DNA of 64,000 bases from Octopus sinensis (Eukaryota), in contig NC_043009.1 in the NCBI RefSeq assembly GCF_006345805.1, forward strand, positions 62,868,001 to 62,932,000, in the 5' to 3' direction. Each line of letters opens with the position of its first letter. Position 1 is the first letter of the stretch. A program made the translations under genes and the position numbers. The notes beneath the pieces were generated by a model, which worked only from the letters and a program-made list of their open reading frames with translations, was not told the DNA's origin and did not search any database. This document shows, piece by piece, positions 24,201 to 39,200 of the stretch.

Positions 24201-27200
24201 AGTGTTAGGATCATAGATTGTGACTAAGATTTGGTGGAAGATTTTAATTCAAAACTTATGAAAACAAGACATTTGTACTACAGAGCCAGAGGCAGTTTCA
24301 GCCGGGTTATCAAAAGGGTTAAAAGAAAAAAAAAAAGGGCAATTAAAACAGGATTTTAATCTAAAGAAAGTTTGTAAAGTAGCCATGTGTGGCATCCATT
24401 ACAAAAAGCATATGACAGTTTATTAAAGCCTTAAAAATATTGTGAAAAAACTTTTAGTTGCCTAGTGTGTTCAAATTTGTTAATAAGGGAGTGTTGCACT
24501 CACTTTTGCTTGAGTTTCTTCAGAAATAGCATGATCTGCATACCAGCTATCATGAACATGTACACCTTGGGTCTGTCAAAAATAAATTAAATAATAATAA
24601 TTAGTTCCAATTATAGCACAAGGCCAGCAATTTTAAGGAGACAAGTCAATCACATCAACCCCAGTGGAATTTGAACTCAGAACATAAAGAGCAGGAAGAA
24701 CTGTCACTAAGCATTTTGTCCAGCACAGGAAGGATTCTGGCAGTTCACCACCTTAATAATAATAATTTTTTCTACTATAAGCACAAGGCTTGAAACTTTT
24801 GGGGGAAGGGCCAAGTTGATTACAACGACCCCTAGTGTTCGGGTGGTGGTCTTTTTATCAACCCCCAAAAATTTGAACTCAGAACGTGAGGACGGACAAA
24901 ATACCACAAAGCATTTTGCCTGGCATGCTAATAATTCTGCCAGCTTGCTACCTTCTTAATGAAAGTAATAATGATATCCACTGAATTTCCGTTTTTAAGC
25001 ACCTGTCTGATCTGAAATTAATGCACAATAAAAACACAAAGCTGGATCAATGATTGTCATTAAAGAACTAATCACTGAGGGGAATATAATCTAATTCAAA
25101 CGCTATTAATGCTCAATTTTGTGTAAGAGAGAGAGAGAGAAGGCATACATTAGTATAAGGACAGAAATTGAGCATTTGTTGAAAATCTTTATCCATTAGT
25201 AGATTTAAATGGTGTATGTACAGTAAAGTGAATCAGTTGTTTATGACAATTCCAGCATATGGAGATGATCTTCGAACATTGAGCCTCACAGAGACAATGA
25301 CTAGTGACCAAGACCTTTGGCGATATGTTGTGCTTGAGAAGATCCGTCAAGCCAAGTGAAATTGTAATCATGGCTGATGTTGGTGTCACGTAATGAGCAC
25401 TGTTGGAACATTGGGACTCACGGAAGCAGAGTGGCTGAGTTCCTTTCAAGCACTGAGCCTCATGGAGGCAAAGTAGCCAAGTGCCCTTTGAGTGTTGGGC
25501 CTCAGAGAGGCAACGACTGAGACCTTTGGCATTATGTCGAGCTTGAGAAGAAGACCCATCAAACCAAGCAAATTCGCAATCACAGCAGATACCGGTGTCA
25601 CACAAATGGTATCCATGCCGGTGGCATGTAAAAGCACCCAATACACTCTCGGAGTGGTTGGTGTTAGGAAGGGCATCCAACTTCAGAAAACCATGCCAAA
25701 TCAGACTGGAGTCTGGGGTAGACTTCCAGCTTACCAGCCCTGGTCAAAGCATCCAACCTATGCCAGCATGGACAACAGACATAAGATGATGATGATTATT
25801 AAAAGCGAAAAAAAAAAAAACACTTTTTTTTAAAGTTTTGCTTTATCAAAAGTCAACATGTCCACTTACTCGATCTTGCATCAATAAATCTTTAACAATT
25901 AACTTGGACACGACATTTTTCATTTCAGTACTAAATTCTCCCGGACATATTTGAGCAATATGTCCCATTGACACTATGGAAGTCAGGAAATTAGCAGACT
26001 CAGGATTCAAGGACTTCTTCACATGCTACAAAAATAGAAAATGAGAGGAGGGGAAAAATTAGTTGTAAATTTAATATATGTCTGATCAAATACTCTACAT
26101 ATGATTTCAAATAGAAATAAATTGTTCTCAACTTTCAACTACAATACATTTTTCTTAAATTTGAAATACAATCTGACAGTCTAACTGTAATCTGTTGCAA
26201 TTACATTTAAATCATAAACTAAAAGCACTTAAGCCAGTACCACGTAAAAGAGCACCTGTACCAACACCTTTTAAAAAGTACCCAGTACACTTTGTAAAGA
26301 GGCTGGTGTTAGGAAGGGCAACCAGCTATAAAAACCATGCCAAATCAAATGGCCGGAGCCTGGTGCAACCCTCTGGTTCGTTAGCTCTTGTCCAATCCAT
26401 GCCAGCATGGAAAACAGATACATGATGATGATGAATATTTAACCAGCTAGCTTTTCATTATAACAACCCTACAATAATCACTTTTAATCTATGTTTAGAA
26501 AAAACCTTACAATTTCACAACTCCTGAGCCAAAATCCGTAAGCCAGCATTCTGCACTCTTTACATTCAACAGGTATTTTGGATAAAAATACAAATCACAG
26601 GCTTTGTACATATTTTCAAACATCCTTTCTACAAAAGCTGGCTTAACTCAATACTATCAAACAATATCCAACTGAACTCTAAACACAAAAACAAAAAGGG
26701 GGGAGGTGCATTAAAAACTCACCTCAAACACCTGCTGTAAAATAGATTCCTTTTCATGTTTGTACACAATACTGATACATTTGATTGCATGCTTTGTTTG
26801 TCTGATATTTCCCATTTTGGCTGTAGTCTGAAGAACTGGCAACAGGCTTCTGTTAAATAAATAAAAAAAGCAAAACATAAAATCCTGTTCAATATAAAAT
26901 TTATAGAATAAAAAAAAATGCAACAAAGGAAATTTTGGCACAAGGCCAGCAATTTTGGGTAAGTCGATTACATTGACCCCAGTGCTCAGCTGGTACTTAT
27001 TTTATCAACTCCAAAAGGGACAAAAGGCAGAGTAGACTTTGACAGAATTTGAACTGAGTATGTAAAAACAGACGAAATGCCGCTAAGCATTTTGCCTGGT
27101 GTGCTAACAATTCTGCCAATAAAGAAAATATTCATCTCACAAAAAAATATTTTTCAATGTTTTGATACTTACGAATATATATTTGGACAGTCTTTTTTCA

Positions 27201-30200
27201 AATTGGAACCAGTGTTCACAAATATTTGAAGAGTTAAATCAGCTGAAATTAAAAAAGATGCAGAATGTAAGAGGGGTCATTGGAATTTGTTACACTGAGG
27301 TTCTACCCCTCCTGTTCCCATCCTATAGCTAATTTGAATTACATCAACCATCCATCCATACAAATCATCATTATCGTTTAACGTCCGCTTTTCATGCTGG
27401 CATGGGTTGGACGGTTTGACTGAGGACTGGTGAGCCAGAGGCTGCACCAGGCCCAATGACCTGGCAAAGCTTCTACAGCTGGATGCCCTTCCTAACGCCA
27501 ACTGCTCCAAGAGTGTAGTGGGTGCTTTTACGTGACACCGGCACAAAGGCCAGTCAGGCAGCACTTGCTAAATGTCTGCTTTAAAAAAAAAAAAAAAGAA
27601 GTTTCTGACCAGAAGATAAGTCCACTACAAGTGACCCATTTACAGCTGAGTGGTCTGGAGCAACATGAAATGAGTGTTTTGCCCAGGAACACAATGCACA
27701 GCCAGCCTGGGAACTGAACTGATGATCTCACAATCATGAGTGTAACGCACTTAACCACTAGGCTATGTACCTTCACTTATGTGTGTGTTGAAAAGTTGGC
27801 AAAGGAAGGCCAGCCAGCTATAGAAAATCTAACTCAACAAATTCCATCTAAGCCATACTGGCATGGCAAAGTGGATGTCAAATGATGAAAGCAACCCTTT
27901 AGTTTGGTCAACCTTACTAAGAGTACAAAAAGAAAAAAAAATCCTTTACATAAGGAACACAACACTATTCTCATAAAAATCTTTATATATAAAAGTGAAG
28001 TTGTGTGTCTATCTCCTACGATTTAGATTCCTAACTACTCCCACATTTTGCGGTGCAGTTTAACCAAAACCGGGTATCTTATAGTCGTGATTCATATCGA
28101 GCCCTTCTGGGTATTAGCGTACGTCTACGATGAGTCTACGATTTTAAAAATAATTTACCATTATTTTTTTCCATTTTAATGCACTTTTTCGCTATTATAT
28201 AAGGGAAGTAACTCTCTAAAAATGTCTACGATGCGTCAACGATTTAAAAAAAAATTTACCATCATTTTTTCCCCAATTTTAATGCATTTCTTTGCTATTT
28301 TTTGGCTATAACTCTCTAAAAATGCTTATATAGTTATTTCCCTTACAAATCCGAGCAACGCCGGGCGATACTGCTAGTAATTAACAAAATAGAAACTGGG
28401 AAGAATTTGATAACAATCATGAATTTAAAACAATCAAAGATAATCCTTAATTAATTACTCACATATAACCTCATCTTCATTTTTCAGGAATGTCAATAAA
28501 TCTTCAAAAACACTCTCTCTGTTAAAACAGGGTGGGAAGACACTGGACAAAGCCTGTAGGAACAAGGAAAGAAAAAAAACCACACATTGAACGGAAATAA
28601 TTTGAAATTCATTCTGATAATGTAAACAATATATTAAGTTCATAATGAGAAAATAATAAAAAAATAAGTAGTTTAAGGTTAAATACTAACCAGAAGAAGT
28701 TTCAAACCTTTCTCACCAGCTGCGAGAACTCCATCATCAACATATATCAAGCCACTAATTACATCACAGTTGTACTTCACCAAGGCACTGATAGCATCTG
28801 CATCAATCATGACTGGGGCTATACGCTCTAATAAAGACTTCACAGCTGTGTAGAAAGGAGTTTGCTGGCCAGGATTCCCAACCTTTCGCAATATTTCTTT
28901 CTGTAATGGGAATTTATCAAAGAATTTACCATTGAGTATGAAAACAGTTTTTCATAAAAATTTTTTTAAATAATAAAAAAAAAAAAAAAAAAAAAAAAAC
29001 ATGTGGGAAAAATTTATTTATTTTTATTCAATGAGGTTTATCTTTTATCTGTTACTCGTTCAGTCATTAGACTGTGGCCATGCTGGGGCACCACCTTGAA
29101 GAATTTTAGTCAAACAAATCAACCCCAGTACTTAGTTTTGTTTTCAAACCTGCTACTTATTCTATTGATCTTTTTTTGCCGAACTGCTAGGTTACAGGGA
29201 TGTAAACACACAAACACCGGTTGTCAAGTTGTGGGGGTACAAACACATGATGGGCTTCTTTCAGTTTCCATTTACCTAATCCATTCACAAGGCTTTGGTC
29301 GGCCTAGATTTGTAGTGGAAGACAAATGTATGCCCAAAGTGCCATACAGTGGGACTGAACCCAAAACCATGAGGTTGGAGAGCAAACACCTTACCACACA
29401 GCCACACCTGCGCTTATGAAACAAACAAATATTCCTCAACCCTATTGAAATACATTACTTTTAGTTCAATTAATTTTGAAAATAACAAAGAATTTTAGTA
29501 AAATAGTCATTATTTAATGTCAGTTTTCCATGCGAGCAGGGGTTGGGCAGCTGGATGGGAACTGATAAGACCAGGGACTGCACCAAGTGCCTTGGTCTGT
29601 TTTGGCATGGATTCTATGGTTGGATGCCCTTCCAAACACCGACCACATCGCAGAGTGTACTGGGTGTTTTTATGTGGCATTAGCACCATAACTTAGTCAT
29701 TAATAAAACTGGTACCTGCAGCGTAAATCAATATGGAATTTTGATGGAAAGTTTTAATTTAAAACAGGGACTTTGTATTACAGGACCAAGGGCAGTTTCA
29801 GGCAGATTAGTATCAAAAGGATTAAAGTGAAGAAAACCAAAGAAAATAATTACAACAGCATCTTCAGCCTTGCGGCATGTGCAGTCTGAGCTGACCAGTG
29901 CTTTTAGACAATGGCGAACACGTTTATCTTCTCTCAAAATATGATTGAATTTTTTAAGATGTTCCTGAGCTTTATTAGGTTCAGGTAACTGTCCTGAAAA
30001 TACAAATTGCAACATTGGATTTAATAAATATTCAAAACAAAAAGAGCAAGAATATTTCTTTGAAATTTATTTCATTTATGAACCGGAGAAGGGAGTTGAT
30101 TTTTCAAATCAGCATGAATTGCATACACACACACACACATATTTATAGGTAATTTCAAGACTTGCAAACATCAAAAGGTTAATCAGAGAAAAATACTAGC

Positions 30201-33200
30201 AGAATTCCTACACAACTGCACTTGATTTTTTTTAAAAGTTACAATAAATGAAACACCAGTTACTACTTCAAATGTCTTTTTAAGAAAGTTTCCAGAAAGC
30301 TTCCCTATTCACCCTGCCTTCCTTAAGTTTAATTCAAATTTCTAGTTTGTGTAAACATAATACTGATGATAGAGATAAAGACACTGATTGCTTAGAGACA
30401 TAAGGTTTCATAATTTATGGGATAAAAAATAAAAAGGAAATGAGATGTTCTAATACTGTTCAAGCCATTTCAAAGAACATCTAGAGTAAAACCACGAGGT
30501 GATAGTGGTTTAGCTGGAATTTAAAAATAGTCAAATTTGGTGCAATCAGAGCTCAACTCACCATTAACTCTTTGCCCAGCTGTGTATCACATGTGATACA
30601 CAGGACACATTTCCCCGACACCCATGCATCGAATATGATACACATTTCCTAATTTTATCAACCACCATAGTAACTTGAGACTGAAAACATTTGAAAGGGC
30701 TAACTAAAAGACTGAAAACAAGCATGGACATTTAGGATGAATTTATGAAAATGCTTTGGACAGGCAAAGGGTCAAGTAAAATTAAGTAACAAGGGTATAC
30801 ATACTGGCAAGAGCTATTAATTTGGCTACCACAGGAGCAGGGCATCCCTGCAAATTTTGCTCAAGAGCATCAATCCACTGCAGCACACAAACTCGGACTC
30901 TGAAAGAGAAGGAGTTAATAAAGTTAGGATAGAGTAGTGATATTTTTCTGATACACAACAGATCATCATCATCATTTCACATCTGCTTTCAAATGTTGGC
31001 ATAGGCTGGACAGGTTATCACGGTCTAAGTCAGTTCTTAGTTAATGCTCTCCAAGATGAATCAAGGATGTCCCACATATCATTTTTGTCAAAGTTTATAT
31101 GGCTAGATGCTCTTCCTAATACCAACAACTTTTCAGGTGCAATTCATTATGATACCAATACGAGAGAAGTTGTCATGCCATTGGAAAGACTAAAGAGTCT
31201 TCCTGGCCCTACAGTGTTTCCGTTAATTTGCAAACTACTTTACAGAGTGTACTGAGTGCATGTCATCACAGTACTGCTATGAGAGAGGTTGTCTTGATCC
31301 AGGCAAGACTAAAGAGTCCCTGTGACTGAGAGGGTGAATACAAAAACAAGGGATAAGAGAGAGAGAGAGGGAGGGAGAACCAAGGTGAGACAGTGAAGGA
31401 AGAGCAAGATGGGCAAAACAGATTGATAGGCATGAAAGGTTTGTAGAGGAGAAAGAGAGGGAGAGAGAAATGGTTATGTTGGCAAGAAGAGGATTGAATA
31501 AAAACAATATGAGCAGCATGATGAGGGAAGAATGAGTGAGGAATAGAGACCAGATGATAAAAGAAGAAATAATCAAAGTGAGAGAGAGAGAGAGAGGGGA
31601 AAGATAAATTTGAATAATTCTAAACGTATGGCATCCCAATATCTCACTTAAAATACACACGAAGTAGCCTCCAGAAGAAAAGCGTCAACTAAAATCTCTA
31701 ATATAAATTGGACATGGGCAATCATTGCATTCTTTCTTGCCTTGAGGTTCACAGCCAAACGGCTGGATGGATTCGCATGAGAAATGGCACACATGTGGAG
31801 ACGGGTGCATAGATTGGAATGCAGTTTGTATTTTTTTTTCTCAGCCCCCATACTTACCGAGAAAATCAATTAAAACTTTTTCTAATGGAATTCCCCTCTT
31901 TCTTCCGCCATTAAAACAACCAGTTGCTTAGAAACTGTTTTCTGATGGGGGTGGGGCCAGGAAATTTTCATACAGCGGAAGAAGGATCCAATCGAAACAG
32001 GGGACCCGAAATGATATGGTTGACAAATGCTGTTATAGATTATGCCTAACCGAAAATGATCATAGCCACGTCATCCAAACAGACCGGGTGAAACCGGGCT
32101 TAGCTGTTAGTAATAAAGTGAAATTGTCCACATAATACAGACAGTTATAATCTAGCAATGAAAGACCTCTTCATAGGAAACTTTAGGGAACAACAAATAT
32201 TGTACAAATACATATTAATCACAACATCACACCAGAAAATATCTCAATTTCATTTACACAACATACAATAGACTTTACTGACCAATCAAATCCAAGTGAA
32301 TATTCAAAAGTAACTTCAATTACACCATAATTAATGTTTTTTCTTAAGTTTCCTCAGTAGTGTTCAAGATTTGCATTAAAAGTTTCTTGGGAACTTGCTT
32401 TTTGTAGCATGTGTTGAGAGTGTTCCGCTTCCGTTTTATTGACTCAAGCCTGGTTTTTCTTCCTCTACGTAACAATAGCATACAAGAAGGCATTTCTAGC
32501 CATACACATTCATAGACATCACACTGCATCTCTCCAGACACTGTCTAAACATCTACACACAACCATAATAATGCTTCATGGATGTATGTATCTACCTTCA
32601 ACAGCAAACTAGAACACATTCAAAAGATATAGCAAAATAAAAAGATAAAAACAGAAATAAAACTTACCCATGCTGGTACTTCAACAACTCATTAAATGCT
32701 CTGAAAAAAAAAAAAAATACTGATATAAACTTTGTGCTAAGAAAGCAATTGTTACACAGAAAATCAATGTGTAAAGAACAAGTCTAAACTAAAACACAAA
32801 CAACTATGTTTAGTTATATTCACTAAATCATGCTGAAATGAGAAAAGTGGTTTATGAAATCTCTAGTTTGAGACGACAGGTTAAGATAATGACACAAGGT
32901 CTAGAGCCCAAATAAACAGAGAAAATACTAGAAATAATAACTATAATAGTGGGGATGAGAGATGTCTTTGGTGCAGGTACGTAAGATGATGCTTGTAAGC
33001 ATGGAAGTAATGCACATAAAATGGTGCTGATGGAAGCTGGGACCAAAACAGAGTGTTTTGGTTAATAAGGTCATAAACTAGAACAATGTTAAGATAATCT
33101 TGCAATTTCCTGAGAAGGATAATTGGTTTAAGAAAATCTAATCAAGTACAAAAAACTGTGACAACTTAATTCTAACGGATTAATAATTTAAGATTCTTTA

Positions 33201-36200
33201 GTGCTAGTTAGGAACAATATATTTTATATAGTGAAAGTAGGCCAAAGCAGACACTTGCTCTATTTTAAAAGTAAAGCTTTATAAATATTTTCACTGGCAC
33301 ACAAAACTGTTCTGTATTTTTCACTTCACCTGATCCAACTGTTTCTATAAAAACTTTTATATTGCAAATTTAAATAACTTTCAACAAAGAATAATAAAGA
33401 AACACGAATGTCAATCTTACTTCAGAGCATGTTCGTCTAAAGATGTATACAAGTTGTGAAGCCGTTTCATTCTTTCCGATGTCGGCAGCGTATAGGGTAC
33501 AAGACAAGTGTTAAAAATGCGTTCAACAAGTAACCTAAAGGAAAAAAAAAAAAGAAATTTAGAGAAAACATATATTCACCCAAATGCAGCTTATTTAGAA
33601 TAAAATAAAGACTCAATATATTCATTGAGAAATAGGAAATCATCATCATCATCGTTTAGCGTCTGCTTTCCATGCTGGCATGGGTTGGATGGCGCAACTG
33701 GGGTCTGGGAAGCCAGAAGGCTGCACCAGGCCCAGTCTGATCCGGCAATGTTTCTACAGCTGGATGCCCTTCCTAACGCCAACCACTCCATCTGTTATAT
33801 AAAAGTCTTCATCCACAAATACACTGAGTGAGCAATAAATCTTAAAAAGTGTGAATATTTTTAGAATGGCTATAAAGAACAGCCTTTATGAAAACACTAT
33901 ATAGGGTAAAAGTTTGATAGTGATATCATTTATCGACGATTTTTAGAACTGCCTATAGAAAACAAGTATTGGATAATTCTTACACCTCTTCAAAGGAGAT
34001 CAACAAAGGATTCCTAACAGCCACAGCACTTCCAAGAACTGTACTGCAAGGAAACCCACAACTTCTACCCAATCCTAACTTAACTTCTAAAAAATTCCAC
34101 ATTGTGAATAGTAACTCATCCAAAACAGAATTAATACTCTAAGTAAATAATGAAATACTCATATAAATACATACTCATGTATTTTTCAAACAAATGCAGA
34201 CATGTCGGCATACAATCATTATATCTAATAGAAAATATATTTCATATGAATACGTTACATTTAGAAGAAGGAATAATGAGACACAAGACTTTATAATCTT
34301 GCAGTGAAATAGAAAGTATTTCACACACTGGTCATTACCATTATTTAATGTCCACTTTTCCATGCTTTGTATGGGCCAGATTGTAGGTGCAGGCATGGCT
34401 GTGTAGTTAAAAAGTTCACTATCCAACCATGAGTTCAGTCCCACCACATGGCACCTTGGGAGAGTGTCTTCTCTTACATCCCAAGGCTGACCCAAACCTT
34501 TTGAGTAGATTTCATAGAGAGAGTGTGTGTGTGTGTGTACATGTACACGTGTGTCTTCTTGACATTGCATGATAGTTGTAAATAAGTGCCAGTCATTCAT
34601 TTCCAATATTCCATGAAAACATGTCTGCCCATGAGGGGATCCTACCTGGAATCAGGTAGGGCTGGGAGGCAATAGGAAGGGCAACCAGCAACAGAAAATC
34701 TGCCTCAATTAACTCCATGTGACCCATGCCAACATAGAAAAGTGGACAATGATATTATTTAAATTCACAATTTCTTTACCAGATGAATTAGACCCCAATC
34801 TGGCCATATATTTACCTGTCTTCAGGGCTGTGCTGATAATAAGCGTGAAAAACTTTATCCTTAACCCATGCAAGACGCTTTGCAATTGCCGTGTTGTCAG
34901 GATCTTGGTTAATATAAGTCTTGTACAGGTGAGCTAGTCCAAGTAATGCTTCTCGCCGTATCTTAAACTAAGAAAATCAGATTTCATCACATTAAAAATT
35001 GAACGAAATATTTCTTACTTCATTTATAAACTTTCAAAATAATAATTATAAACAAGAAAAAATAAGTAAAATGCTTAAGCATGGCTGGAACTAGTAAAAG
35101 AGTAAGTATATAAAACAAAGGGGAAGATTATGTGATAAAGAAGTTTTTATCACAACCACGTGGTTGAGTTCAATTCCATGAGGCAGCTTGGGTAAGTGTC
35201 TCACTGTGGCATGGATTGGTCAAATAAATTCAGTTAAATATGGTAGGTAAAAAATGTGCATGAGAGTGTGTGCACAGCTTTTGTTTATGTATGTCAGCAA
35301 AGTGTAATAAACACCTTCAAGAAAACTTAGGGGGTGGGGTGAGGGAGGAGATACTAAATGAAGTCTCCTGAGATATATCAAACTGGACCTTAGAAACTTG
35401 CAATCAACATCACTGCTCCAAGTTGCAATAAAGATAAGTCTTCTGATTTCAATTTGTGTCAATGATAATGTATAGTAGCCTTAGTCAAAGTCATCTACTT
35501 GCTTTCAACAACCAAATTGGAAAATATCCTAAGTTGGTAATTGGTATTAGCAACAGTAAAACGCTTAAACCTTATTGATGATCCGGACCAGTACAAATGT
35601 GGTATCATTTATGAAAAAATTTAATACTAAATATCAAGTAAATTTTGTATTTGAAATTAAAATGTGGATTACCTTCTTGTCTAGAGTTCGTTCTTTAATG
35701 AAAGCCAACAGTTCATCAGTTATCATTTTGAAATCTTTCTTTGCAGCATTCAAAACTGCTGATACAACCTCCATTCGAACAGTCTCTTCGGGATCATGCT
35801 GACGAATTTTCAGTTGTTCTAAAATGATAAAGTACATGTATTTCTTGAGTTTTTTTTTTTTTTAAATCATAATTTTTTTTGCATGTATTTTTAACATGTG
35901 GATAAAGAATTTGTCTTGAAACTTTGAAATGATTTAAGATGATTGCAAATTTTAACAAATCTTGTTGCAAAGGTGGTCATCTTTGACAATATTAGATGCA
36001 GAGACTCACCTTCAATCATTCACTTCTTTATCATCATCATCGTTTAACGTCCGTTTTCCGCGCTAGCACGGGTTGGACGGTTCGACCGGGGTCTGGAAAG
36101 CCAGGGGCTGCACCAGGCTCCAGTCTGATCTGGCAGTGTTTCTACAGCTGGATGCCCTTCCTAACGCCAACCACTCCACGAGTGTAGTGGGTGCTTTTTA

Positions 36201-39200
36201 CGTGCCACTGGCACAGGTGCCAGGGGAGTCTGGCATCGTCCACGATCGGCTGGTGCTTTTAACATGCCACCGGCGCTGGCATCAGCCACGTTTGGATGAT
36301 GCTTTTTATGTGCCACCGGCCACGTTCGGATGGTGCCTTTTATGTGCCACTGGCACAGAAGCCAGTCGAGGCGGCGCTGGCATCGACCACGTTTGGATGG
36401 TACTTTTTATGTGCCACTGGCATCGGCCACATTCGGATGGTGCTTTATGCTTTAATTTATTAGTTAAGCATGAAGAATACAATTACCTTCCTTTAATCTA
36501 TTCCCTAACCAGATTTGATATTTTTCTACAAAGCTTTGACATTTTATCCCATTTGATGGAGGTAAAATCAATAGCCTAAACAATTATAATTATACCAAAA
36601 ATGAAGAACAAGATATTTTATAACTTCAGGAAAATTTTGAAAATTATGACTGATATTTTGATATCTTGGGTACAGTAGAAATTCCGAAAAAGAAACCTAA
36701 TTTTCATGCCAGAAACTAATAGGAAGAAAATTTTGAAATACTTACCAATTATATCTTTTACTAAATCTGAATGATGGAGAATGAAACGTTGGGCATACTG
36801 AACACAGACTGTTCTTACTCCGGTACTAATATCATTGAATCTATAAAGAAATCAATAACTTTTATAAAAATATATCCAAAAGCAAAATGATTAAAGCCTA
36901 AAGTAGATACTACTTGCTCCAAAGTAAAATTAAATAACAGTTTCAGTTGCGTTTTCTTGGAAGGATATCTAAATGTAATTAATATATGTATTCTCACAAC
37001 TCAGGTAAAATAACATGGAAAATTATTACAAATTTTATTTCCATCTAATATACAAAAAGAATTCTTTAAATTCAAACTGAATGTGGTTAATACTATAGGG
37101 CACTTTCATTGCAATATTTAACAAAAAAAAAAAAAAGGCTTGTGTTCCAATTAAATTCTAAAGTAAATCATGAACCAGACAGATTTTACAAAATAACTAA
37201 AGCTTTAAATTCAGACTCACTACAACTAAATCCAATGTCCATTTTTTTGAATGAGTTTACAGAGACATAATACAAAAAAATGTTGTACAGGGTAATTTTG
37301 TGGTTCTTTATCCACAAGTATATACCTAGTGAAATTACTAATATAATAATGAAATTATCATCAACATTTTGATATGAATAAGTAAACGAGGTAGACAAGC
37401 TGGTAGTTTTCTGAGCAAAAAAAGACTCAGTTGAACAAGAGCCAAGCATGTAAGAATAACTAATCCAATGACAAAAACTGCAGAATTTTACTGACCTTCC
37501 TAAAAAACAATTCCAAAGCACACGGTGCTGTGTTGCTAGTTCGGACTCAGGGTCTGAGAACATCTTCGCCAAAAGACGAGTTACATTTTTTCTTTCTATT
37601 TCCTCACTGCTCTAGAAAGTTAAAAGAAATGGGGGGAAAGAAAAAAAAAAGAAAAAAGAAAGAAAAAGAAAAATTTTAAAAATCAGTAAATTTTTGATAA
37701 AATTTGTACAAACTAAATACTTGTCTGAACTAACTAATTAGGAACTTTTATTAACATGTTGCAAATCTTTTAATCTCTTAAAGTACACCAGTGACTGTGT
37801 AGGGAGTGAGGCAACTTCATAAGTTTATTAAACCAGTGGCTCTCAACCAAGGTCCAGATACGATTTTGTTGTTAAAATTTACTCTGCAATAAATTGGTTA
37901 TGCTTCTACAATACACAAAATACTTTTATACAATTCCTAATTAATATTTTAATTATGATTTTTTAAAACAGTGAATGACAATGAGGGTTCAGGAGAGTAA
38001 ATATAGATAAAATAAGAACCAAAAACCTCCATAGCCCTGGTTTAAACTTACTGTTGAAGATGGGATCCAATTCAAAGGGACTTCACTAAACACTAGAGAA
38101 CTCCCAATTTAATAATTATTTTAATTCACTAAAAGCATTTCTTTCTGTAAGCTAACAACAGAAAATATTAACTACAAGAAAATGATGCACATAAAAGCCC
38201 TAACAAATGCAGATATTTTACAAAAACAAGTTTAGAAATGCTTACTTTCAATTTGAATTCTAGTTGAGGCAATACTGCCAGAAGCATGGTACCAGATATC
38301 ATGTTGAGTTCATAGATTAATTCATAAAGATGGTCTGAGACTTCACTTTCAGATGTTTTGCCAATCATTAGCAAGTTGTTGAAAAACTAGAAAAAGCAAA
38401 ACATTTATGAGATTTTCTTCAATAAAGAAAAGAAACAAAAGAGGATTTAAAAAAGAATATTTCCTGAATTATCTCTAAATTAGGACAAATGTATTTTATG
38501 AGTTACAACTTATTCTACAGAATGAAACAACAATGTAAAAACAATAACAACAACAAAAAAAAAACCCAAACTACTTACAGTTTGAATGTATGGTTCTACT
38601 GCACAGCTGGTTTTTCGCAACAGATCCTTTGCAAGATTATATGCTAATTTATTCTGTGACTGAAGAATAAAATTCACATTATTCAAACAGAGGGAAAGCA
38701 TTTGTTTAGATAAGTTACAACAACTGAATCCTTAACTTCTTTAATCCTTAACCTTCTACGATCAATGGATAACTTGTAATTCTATATAACTGTAACAAAC
38801 TTGAGTCGTTGGGTCTCAATGAAAATTAACATTTAGTAAAATAGAAAATATGGTAACAACTCAAAGCAAGAGCATTTTCTAAAAATGGTTTTGACTTTGG
38901 TGCGTTAAGAAATATTTGGCAAGTGCATAAGGAGTGAGTAACCTTTAAAGAAGTTAAATTGATAATTTTGGTTGGTAAAGATTTATTAGCAGTTTTATCA
39001 GATGGTGAAAGTAGATAAGATTAAATAAGATAAAACAAACTGCTGTGTCCAACTAACGCTCTAAGTGAAAGAAAAAAACAGTAAAATTAAGAAGAACCAT
39101 TTCTGATTTTATATTGACTTTCAAGACTATAAAGTAAAACTAATAATTTCATTCAATATTGTAAAAAAAAAAAAGAAATCCAAAAACTTCTTACTTTGTA

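Noticed and set aside
36190-36450. CRISPR-like repeat-spacer array
   Set aside because: Eukaryotic intron, degenerate units of irregular length, no cas genes; these are internal subrepeats of family C.
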